A DNA stretch of 64,000 nt, from assembly GCA_963845185.1 (NCBI GenBank), contig CAWJRG010000009.1, forward strand, positions 640,001 through 704,000. Reading direction: 5' to 3'. This stretch comes from an uncultured bacterium (GTDB lineage: Bacteria; Oederibacteriota; PGYV01; CAWJRG01). The notes beneath the pieces are model-generated. The model was not told the origin of the DNA and made no database searches. It worked only from the letters and a program-made list of their open reading frames with translations. Below are positions 19,729 to 27,682 of this stretch, piece after piece. Position 1 is the first letter of the stretch. Every line of letters begins with the position of its first letter. The position numbers and the translations under genes are program-made.

Positions 19729-21630
19729 ATGGACGGGAAATCGGAAGACGTGCTAAAAGACAGGATAAAAGAGCTGAAAAAGCTGTTCCCTGAAGCGGTG
19801 ACAGAGGGGAAAGTAGACCTCGAGATGCTCAAGGCAACACTCGGCGGGGAGATAAATACAGACAACGAGCGGTATGTGCTGAACTGGGCCGGGAAAGCAG
19901 AGGCTTTCCGCGTACTGCAGACGCCCACCACGGCCACGCTCGCGCTTGCGGAAAAAGAATCAATAAATTTTAACAATACTGAAAATATTTTTATCGAGGG
20001 GGAAAATCTTGAAGTCTTAAAAATCCTGCAAAAATCATATTACGGCAAAATAAAGATGATATATATAGACCCGCCGTATAATACCGGAAGCGACAGCTTC
20101 ATATATCCCGATAAGTTCGCGGAAAGCAAGGATGAATATTTGAAAAGGATAGGGGAAAAAGACGAGGAAGGATACCTGCTGAAAGAGGGGCTTTTCAGGA
20201 AAAACAGCAAGGAAAACGGCCAGTTCCACAGCGTGTGGCTGTCCATGATGTACCCGCGCCTTTTCCTCGCCCGCAACCTGCTCCGCGACGACGGCGTGAT
20301 ATTCATTTCCATAGACGACAACGAAGTGCATAATTTAAGAATGATGATGAATGAGATTTTTGGTGAGGAGAATTTTGTTGCTGTTTTTCCATGGCGCAAA
20401 AGGACAGCAAAAAGTGATGTACCATTTGGCGTTTCACAGGATTTTGAATGGATATTAATGTATGGGAAAGGTGATTTTTGGGCTGGATATTCCCTAGAAC
20501 GCAAATATTACAAATCAAAAGATTATAAAGACGGATGGAGACTAGCCGATTTAACAACACAAAGAACAAAGGAAGAACGACCTAATTCATTTTTCACCAT
20601 GATAAATCCAAAAGATAAGAAGAAGTACGAAGCCAATCCAAACAGAGTTTGGGGAGTTACCAAAGAAACTTTCAAAGATTACTATGAAAAAGGAAAAATT
20701 GTATTCCCGGGAGATTATGATTTTTTAAATATTTCAATACCTGCATTTAGAGTTTTTGAAAGCGAAGATAAGGAAAAGAATCTTAAAAAATTCGGTTCGG
20801 AAGAAGCTTTCCGAACGGTATCAACTTTATTACCTCCGGATATTGGCAGGACAGAGGACGGCACTAAAGAAATTACCGAACTTTTTCAGAGTAAAGTATT
20901 CTCATTTCCTAAACCACAATCATTAATTAAGTATTTGATTAGCATAATACCTGAAAACGATTTTACGATTTTAGATTTTTTTGTCGGATCGGGAACAACC
21001 GCACATGCAACTTTTGAACTCAATAAAGAAGATGGCGGACAACGTAATTTTATTTGTATTCAATTACCGGAAAAGACAACAGAAGACACTGAAGCACTTA
21101 AAGAAGGATATAAAACTATCGCTGAAATCGGTAAAGAGCGCATACGCAGGGTAATAAAGAAAATAAAGGAAGAAAAGAAAAGCAATCCTGACCTTTTTTC
21201 CAAAGACAAGCCTGAACTTGACCTTGGATTTAAGGTATTCAAACTTAAAGAATCAAACTTTAAAGTCTGGCGGAGTGATGTGGTGGAGAATGAAAAGGAT
21301 TTAAACAGGCAGATGGAGATATTCCAGGAGCCTGTCAAACCAGGCGCGGAAATGAATAATATGATGTGGGAACTGCTGGTAAAAAACGGGTATGAACTGA
21401 CGACAAAGGTAGAAGAACGGGAACTCGCCAAATGCCCGTGTTTCGTCGTCGCCGAAGGCGAACTTATTGTCTGCCTCTCCAAACTCACTGAAACCGCAGT
21501 CAAAGAGATTTTGAAGCTGAAACCAAAGAAAGTCATCTGCCTTGACTCTCTCTTTGAGCGTAACGATAAGCTGAAAACCAACACCGCCCTGCAAATGAAA
21601 GACGCAGGGGTGGAGTTGAAGACGATATGA
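19729..21630 (+). CDS. mod: Type III restriction-modification methyltransferase
   Basis: IEGENLEVLK, IYIDPPYNTG, HS.WLSMMYPRL, FPKP, LDFFVGSGTTAHA, DLGFKVFKL. Confidence 0.93.
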   Translation: MDGKSEDVLKDRIKELKKLFPEAVTEGKVDLEMLKATLGGEINTDNERYVLNWAGKAEAFRVLQTPTTATLALAEKESINFNNTENIFIEGENLEVLKILQKSYYGKIKMIYIDPPYNTGSDSFIYPDKFAESKDEYLKRIGEKDEEGYLLKEGLFRKNSKENGQFHSVWLSMMYPRLFLARNLLRDDGVIFISIDDNEVHNLRMMMNEIFGEENFVAVFPWRKRTAKSDVPFGVSQDFEWILMYGKGDFWAGYSLERKYYKSKDYKDGWRLADLTTQRTKEERPNSFFTMINPKDKKKYEANPNRVWGVTKETFKDYYEKGKIVFPGDYDFLNISIPAFRVFESEDKEKNLKKFGSEEAFRTVSTLLPPDIGRTEDGTKEITELFQSKVFSFPKPQSLIKYLISIIPENDFTILDFFVGSGTTAHATFELNKEDGGQRNFICIQLPEKTTEDTEALKEGYKTIAEIGKERIRRVIKKIKEEKKSNPDLFSKDKPELDLGFKVFKLKESNFKVWRSDVVENEKDLNRQMEIFQEPVKPGAEMNNMMWELLVKNGYELTTKVEERELAKCPCFVVAEGELIVCLSKLTETAVKEILKLKPKKVICLDSLFERNDKLKTNTALQMKDAGVELKTI

Positions 21631-22442
21631 AGGAGTTAATAAATATAGTAAATACGAAATATAAAGAATTTGATATAAATAAATTAGATTATAATAAACC
21701 GTATTTTATTGTTTCTCCAAAAGACGATCTGGAAGGAATAATTTTGGAGAATGAAACAATTATGTTAAAATATAAAGAAATGTTTTCGTTTAAAATGCCA
21801 ACTGGTAATATTTGTAATTTAAGACAATGGATAATTTTATATAACAAAGATATAAACGATATAACATATTTTAGAAATTATTTCTATGATAACAATTGTA
21901 ATCCATATGCAATAGCTATGCTGTTTAAATATTTGCGTTATAATGTTAAAGAATTAACAAATTTAACGCAATTTCCACCATTGAATTTTAAAAAAACTAA
22001 AGAAGAACAATCAAATGCAATGGATCTTGTTATACAAAAGGCTGAACCTTCGGATTTAATATTTGTATATGATAGAAAAAGTGGAATTTCTAAGTATATT
22101 AGAAAAATAGATAGATGTATGTGGTCGCATTGCGGGGGAATCAATATGAATAAAGAAATTATTGAAATGACAACTGCCGGAATTAGAAGGGGTAGTTTTG
22201 AAGAATATAGAAATGAAAATATAGATTTAGGATTGTATAGATTGAAACAACAAATTTCATTTGAGAGTAAGGAAAAGATGCATGATTTTTCAGAAGATAA
22301 ATTAAGGAAACAAACAAGATATAACTGGAAGGGTGTTGTTAAACTTTATTTGAAAAAGAAATTTAAAATTCCTATTGACGCAGGTCCGTCCCCGGCGGAT
22401 ATAATATACGGTAATAAATTGCAATTAATTGCATATGCATAA
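21627..22442 (+). CDS. Permuted papain-like (YiiX/YaeF, NlpC/P60-related) domain protein
   Basis: 'PSDLIF...ISKYIR..D...WSHCG', 'RYNW', 'SPADII'; no CSE-type catalytic Cys motif seen; ATGA overlap with mod. Confidence 0.55.
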   Translation: MKELINIVNTKYKEFDINKLDYNKPYFIVSPKDDLEGIILENETIMLKYKEMFSFKMPTGNICNLRQWIILYNKDINDITYFRNYFYDNNCNPYAIAMLFKYLRYNVKELTNLTQFPPLNFKKTKEEQSNAMDLVIQKAEPSDLIFVYDRKSGISKYIRKIDRCMWSHCGGINMNKEIIEMTTAGIRRGSFEEYRNENIDLGLYRLKQQISFESKEKMHDFSEDKLRKQTRYNWKGVVKLYLKKKFKIPIDAGPSPADIIYGNKLQLIAYA

Positions 22443-22499
22443 TAGTTATATATCCATATCGCTCTTTGAACAAATCAATGAAGAGTGAGGTTGCGGACA

Positions 22500-23745
22500 A
22501 TGATTGAAAGAGAAGATTTAAAGGATATTAAAAATACAGTTGCTCATTTAAATGATTTAGCTAAAGTTTTTCACAAATTTAATGTAGAAGATTGGTCAAT
22601 ATTATGGTATGCCCGTAATAAACGCGCTGGTGAAAGTCTTGAAAATCTATACTTTGTAAAAGATAAGGATTTCATTAATGCTGTTGAAAGTGTTTATCGT
22701 GAAGGAAGACAAATAGCCGTAGATTTATCATATGATTTACCGCTCATTGATCAAATCGAAGTTTTCCCTAAGATATTCTAATTATTTAGATCATATGAAT
22801 AATTATTTTGACTTAGTTGATAAAATTGCACCCGAATTTTTAAAATGGGAACAAATAATTAATGCGAAAAGGGATTATGAAGTAGATTATGGCGCGATTG
22901 ACGATATGATAAAACTTTTTAAAGCACAGTTAAATTTAATAAAGGGTTTAAAAAATGATTTTGAAAATATTAAGAACTCAGAAAGATTTAAAATTGAAAA
23001 CGATTCAAAAATAATTGAAAATGTACAAAATACAAATCAAAATAATAAATCTTTAATTTTTATAAGTTATAATGTAATTGATAAAGTAATTGCGGGTGAA
23101 ATATTTGACTTTTTGAATACTTTTTTTGAAGTTTTTTTAGCTCATGAAAAAATTAAATCCGGCGTTGATTGGCAAGAGGAGATAATACTTAATTTACAAA
23201 AAGCAGATATATTTATGCCTATTATAACTAAATCATTCAAACAGTCGGATTGGACTGATCAAGAATGCGGAATTGCATATTTATTAGCAAATTTAAAAAA
23301 CACAAAAATACTTCCGCTTAATAAACCACAATCACATAAAAAAAATCTTCCATATGGATTTATAAGTAAATTTCAATCTTTTCCTTTTACTGATATGAAA
23401 AAACAAGAAGAGCAGATTGAATTTTTTGCAAAATTATTAGAATTAATCAATAAAAACGAAAAAAAACGTTTATTTGATTTGCTTGTTTTAAAACTTACAG
23501 GATGCAATACAAAAAACGACTGTACAAAATATACAAGAATGCTATTACACTTTGATATAACAGAATATAGACTTAATAAGATTTTTGAAGCTTTTAGCAT
23601 GGATATTAGTAAAAAATATTCTAAAAGTATAATAAAAATATTTGAGGATTTTATTAAAAACAAACATATCGAATTTTTAGATAAATTTAAAAAATTCAAA
23701 GCTTCTATTTTTAAACAAATTAGCATAAAAAATGGTAAAACATGA
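22500..23745 (+). CDS. TIR-domain protein, probably one gene split by a frameshift near 22770 (ORFs 22485-22781 and 22732-23745)
   Basis: IFISY..D...A..I, VFLAHEKIKSGVDWQEEI...L, SDWTDQECG (catalytic-type Glu); very AT-rich. Confidence 0.75.
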
Positions 23746-23786
23746 AACTACATTTTGATTCCAATCAGGCATATCAATTAGAGGCG
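23742..23786 (+). repeat. Truncated copy 1 of the res 5' end (MKLHFDSNQAYQLEA)
   Basis: ATGAAACTACATTTTGATTCCAATCAGGCATATCAATTAGAGGCG, compare 27679-27723. Confidence 0.9.
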
Positions 23787-23956
23787 GCTGGAAAAGACCG
23801 TGGTGAGTGCGACGTGGGACGTGGAACGGAAAATATAAACATTCGGAATTCGGGATTTGGAATTTGGTATTCGGGATTTGGGATTTGAAAGACACATTCA
23901 GCGTTTGGTATTCAAGAATTTGAATCCGGAATTCCAAATGCAGAATCGGAGTTACA

Positions 23957-25399
23957 ATGACAAAAAAGGAATTAATCAATAAAATCCAGGACATAGAGTG
24001 GGAGGATTTTGAAGTAAAAGAGGCAGCGGGAGGTTTGCCTAAATCCTCATGGGAGACTGTGAGCGCTTTTGCGAATACCGCCGGCGGGTGGATTGTATTC
24101 GGAGTTTCCGGCATGGGCTCAAAATACGCGATTACCGGAGTGGATAAGCCCGGGAAACTGGAGCAGGACTTTTTAAACACCCTTCGCGGGGATAAATTTA
24201 ACAGGAAAATCAGCGTTAAGTGCAAAAAATATAAAATTGAGGATAAAACCGTACTGGGATTTTACGTACCTTCGGCGCAGGGCAAAGACAAGCCGGTCTA
24301 TTTTAATTCCAAGGCAAATACTTTCATAAGGACAGGAAGCGGCGACCAGCGGGCGACAAGCGAAGAGATAGACGCCATGTACAGGAACTCTTCTTTCGAC
24401 AAAAAAGACGAGCAGCCGACGCGCTTTACGATAAAAAGCCTTGATGCCCGTACGATAGAACGCTTCAGGACATATCTGAAAAACATAAATCCCGGGCACA
24501 GATATAACAGCTTAAAAAATGAGGAATTTCTTGAAAAGCTGAGGGCGGTTTCACGGGGCAGGGTGACAATAGGCGGGCTTTTGTTTTTTGGGAAAGAAGA
24601 AAGCATAAGCGAATATGCGCCGGATTTCAGGATAGATTATCTGGAGATTTCCGGGACATCATACGGGGACGCGCCGGAACGCTACAGCTACAGGCTTCCT
24701 GAGGAAATCAATATTTTTAATTATTATTTCGCCGTAATGGACAGGCTGATGAGAAAAATAGATATTCCTTTCAAACTCAAAGGAATGGCAAGGGACGAAA
24801 ACCCGCCGCAGTTGACCGCGATAAGGGAAGCGCTTGTAAACCTGCTGATGCACAGCGATTATTTCAGCGGCGCAAAGCCGAGGATAAGGGTATTCACCGA
24901 CAGGATAGAGTTCTTTAATCCAGGCTCTTTGCCGAAAGAGATAAAATACATTTTAAAGGAAGATTTTTCGCTTCCGAGAAACCCGACCATAGCCAGGTCG
25001 TTCAGGATGGTACAGCTTGCCGAAAGCATAGGCTCGGGATTTTATAAAATGATAAACGGCTGGAAATCCTACTACAAAATAAAACCTGAAATAACAGGCG
25101 ATTTTGATTATTATAAAATCGTATTTAAATTTGAATCCGCGGCTGATGATGCTGTAAATGTCCCTGTAAATGTCCCTGTAAATGCCCCTGTAAATGCCCC
25201 TGTAAATGCCCCTGTAAAAAGATTGGAAATGATAGTAGAACAAATGAAAGTTAACGACAGGATAACATTTGTGCAATTAGCAAAGTTTCTTAAGGTAGAT
25301 GTGACTACAATAAGGCGAAATGTCTCAAAATTGAAAAATGAGGGGCGAATAAGGAGAATAGGGCCGGATAAGAACGGAAGATGGGAAGTGCTTAAATGA
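23957..25399 (+). CDS. AlbA_2/Schlafen-like domain, RecG-C-like ATPase region and C-terminal HTH
   Basis: E...FEVKEA, WETVSAFANT.GG.IVFGV, AIREALVN.L.H.DY, RIEF.NPG, RNP.IA; 12-bp repeat before the HTH. Confidence 0.85.
   Translation: MTKKELINKIQDIEWEDFEVKEAAGGLPKSSWETVSAFANTAGGWIVFGVSGMGSKYAITGVDKPGKLEQDFLNTLRGDKFNRKISVKCKKYKIEDKTVLGFYVPSAQGKDKPVYFNSKANTFIRTGSGDQRATSEEIDAMYRNSSFDKKDEQPTRFTIKSLDARTIERFRTYLKNINPGHRYNSLKNEEFLEKLRAVSRGRVTIGGLLFFGKEESISEYAPDFRIDYLEISGTSYGDAPERYSYRLPEEINIFNYYFAVMDRLMRKIDIPFKLKGMARDENPPQLTAIREALVNLLMHSDYFSGAKPRIRVFTDRIEFFNPGSLPKEIKYILKEDFSLPRNPTIARSFRMVQLAESIGSGFYKMINGWKSYYKIKPEITGDFDYYKIVFKFESAADDAVNVPVNVPVNAPVNAPVNAPVKRLEMIVEQMKVNDRITFVQLAKFLKVDVTTIRRNVSKLKNEGRIRRIGPDKNGRWEVLK
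25152..25218 (+). repeat. In-frame 12-bp tandem repeat (CTGTAAATGYCC, 5.5 copies)
   Basis: Encodes VNVP/VNAP repeats. Confidence 0.9.
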
Positions 25400-25440
25400 A
25401 ATTACATTTTGATGCCAATCAGGCATATCAATTAGAGGCG
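25396..25440 (+). repeat. Truncated copy 2 of the res 5' end (MKLHFDANQAYQLEA)
   Basis: ATGAAATTACATTTTGATGCCAATCAGGCATATCAATTAGAGGCG. Confidence 0.9.
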
Positions 25441-25634
25441 GCTAGAAAAGCAGGGGTAAGGGGGAAGGGTGGAACAGATAAAAGCGGGGGAAGTGGTAAG
25501 GGGCCCTTCGACAGGCTCAGGATGAAGAAAAGCAGTGGTAAGTGGGGATGGGAAGAGAAAGAAGTTTCTGGTTTCAAGTTTCTGGGTATTGAAAAGATAT
25601 TTGCTGTGACATAAATTACAGATAAAATAATAGA

Positions 25635-25792
25635 TACCCCACGGCTAAAGCCGTGGTACTGTAGTCCTACGACTTCGTCGTCGGACTCTTAACAAAGGGC
25701 TAACGCCCTTTGAAACCTCTCAGCAAGGTTGGATGTTTGATTTTAGTCTGCGTTCATTCAACCACGGGCAAGCCCGTGGTCTTCTGAACGCA
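25635..25792. mobile_element. Non-autonomous IS200/IS605-like palindromic element
   Basis: Terminal hairpins CCACGGCTAAAGCCGTGG and ACCACGGGCAAGCCCGTGGT resembling IS200/IS605 ends; no transposase. Confidence 0.6.
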
Positions 25793-25819
25793 TTTCTGAT
25801 AAACTAACGGAGTAAAACA

Positions 25820-26344
25820 ATGGAAAAACAACAGTTTGAAAAGCTCGATAAGCTTGCGGACAGGATATGCGATAAATTCGCGGAGCTGGATAAAAAGGGC
25901 GCGTTTTCCGGAATAGAAGAGGAAATGAATAAAATTTGCTCTGAACTGCCGGAGAAATACGACATCACATTCCGGTTTACGCTTGGTATCTTCGACGAGG
26001 AAAAAGAAAATGAGATTCAGCTTCTTGAAACAGGCATAAGCTGTTTCGGGCAAAATACCGCGTACCGCCTGCAGGGCACGGGGTCAACGCCCCATTCATA
26101 CCTCGTAAACGGCAAAATATCAAAAATTCCGCATGATTATTGCCCTGCATGCTGGGGCCGGTGGGATTTTAAGCTGAAAAATAAAACATGCCCTGGGTGC
26201 GGGGCAGTGATGGGCAAGGAAGTAAAACTCATGCTCGACTCGGACGTCTGCCCGTCATGCGAAGACGGCAAAATCACGCGGAACAACCCGAAATGCGGCA
26301 AGTGCGGGTTTGAAGTGGACGGAACTACGGTATACTGGGGATGA
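25820..26344 (+). CDS. Hypothetical protein with four CxxC pairs (double zinc ribbon)
   Basis: CPAC, CPGC, CPSC, CGKC; RBS GGAG. Confidence 0.75.
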   Translation: MEKQQFEKLDKLADRICDKFAELDKKGAFSGIEEEMNKICSELPEKYDITFRFTLGIFDEEKENEIQLLETGISCFGQNTAYRLQGTGSTPHSYLVNGKISKIPHDYCPACWGRWDFKLKNKTCPGCGAVMGKEVKLMLDSDVCPSCEDGKITRNNPKCGKCGFEVDGTTVYWG

Positions 26345-26611
26345 CGCCGCGTAGCGGCGAGAGATTTGAACAGTAGAAAGGTGAATTGAAGACAGTGGTA
26401 AGTGATAGAGATAAGGGGGAAGTGGTAAGGGGTATGGGGCAGAAGAGCAAGTTTCTGGGGTTTCTGGTTTCTAAATGAGGAAAAATGAGCGAAAGAATCC
26501 TGCGACAGGCTCAGGACTAACAAGTAAAAGCGTGCGGCAGAAAGAACAGGAAAAGGCCGATTCAGTTATCCGGAATTTCCGGAATACTGATGTTTATGAG
26601 GAGCGTGAAAC

Positions 26612-27682
26612 ATGAATGAAAAAAGCGGGCTGCCCGCGAAAACAGAGTTTCTTTTATACACGACAGAGGACGGGAAAACAAGAATCCAGACCCGCATGCA
26701 GAATGAGACTGTGTGGCTGACACAGCAGATGATGGCGGATTTATTCCGGACTACAAAGCAGAATATCAGTTTGCATATTCAAAATATATTAAAAGAGGGC
26801 GAATTGGGCGAGGGGGCAACTGTCAAGGATTTCTTGACAGTTCAAAATGAGGGCGGAAGGGATATCAAAAGAAACATAGAATATTATAATCTCGACATGA
26901 TTATATCCGTCGGATACCGCGTAAAAAGCGTCATAGCCACGCAATTCCGCATATGGGCCACGCAAAGGCTGAAAGAGTATATCATAAAGGGATTTACCAT
27001 GGACGACGACAAACTGAAGCAGGCAGGCGGCGGGAACTATTTCGAAGAACTGCTCGCCCGCATACGGGATATAAGGTCTTCGGAAAAAATATTCTGGCGC
27101 AAGGTGCTGGATATATACGCCACAAGCATTGACTATAACCCGGATATTGATTTATCAAAGCAGTTTTTCGCGACAATACAGAATAAAATGCACTGGGCGG
27201 CCCACGGGCGGACCGCAGCTGAAGTTATCTACGGCAGGGCCGACGCCGCAAAACAAAACATGGGGCTGACAAACTGGGTAGGCGCGGGCATACGAAAGGA
27301 AGAGACTGAAATCGCCAAAAATTACCTTAACGAAAAAGAACTGGATATGCTGAACAGGATAGTGACGGCTTATCTTGAGTTTGCCGAGGTCCAGGCCTTG
27401 AACCGCAGGCCCATGACAATGAAAGACTGGATAGCCAAGCTGGATGATTTTTTAAAGCTTTCAGGCAGGGATATACTGACGCACGCAGGGACAATAAGCC
27501 ATGATAAAGCCCTGAAAAAAGCCCATGAGGAGTACGAAAAATACAGGGCGGCGCGGATGGACGCGCCGTCTGAGGCTGAAAAGGATTTTCTGGAAGCGGA
27601 AAAAGAAATAAAAAGAATTGAGAAAACGGCAAAGAATAAAAAAATAAAAAATTCAAAAAAGAAGAACAAAGGGAAAAGATGA
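26612..27682 (+). CDS. RhuM-family protein
   Basis: ETVWLTQ..MA.LF, YNLDMIISVGYRVKS..ATQFRIWAT, YFEELLARIRDIRSSEK. Confidence 0.9.
   Translation: MNEKSGLPAKTEFLLYTTEDGKTRIQTRMQNETVWLTQQMMADLFRTTKQNISLHIQNILKEGELGEGATVKDFLTVQNEGGRDIKRNIEYYNLDMIISVGYRVKSVIATQFRIWATQRLKEYIIKGFTMDDDKLKQAGGGNYFEELLARIRDIRSSEKIFWRKVLDIYATSIDYNPDIDLSKQFFATIQNKMHWAAHGRTAAEVIYGRADAAKQNMGLTNWVGAGIRKEETEIAKNYLNEKELDMLNRIVTAYLEFAEVQALNRRPMTMKDWIAKLDDFLKLSGRDILTHAGTISHDKALKKAHEEYEKYRAARMDAPSEAEKDFLEAEKEIKRIEKTAKNKKIKNSKKKNKGKR

Noticed and set aside
19729..21630. Phase-variable mod (phasevarion)
   Set aside because: No simple-sequence repeat tract seen in the 5' region or ORF.
25396..25614. 72-aa ORF as a real gene
   Set aside because: It is a res 5' stub running into purine-rich repeat DNA.
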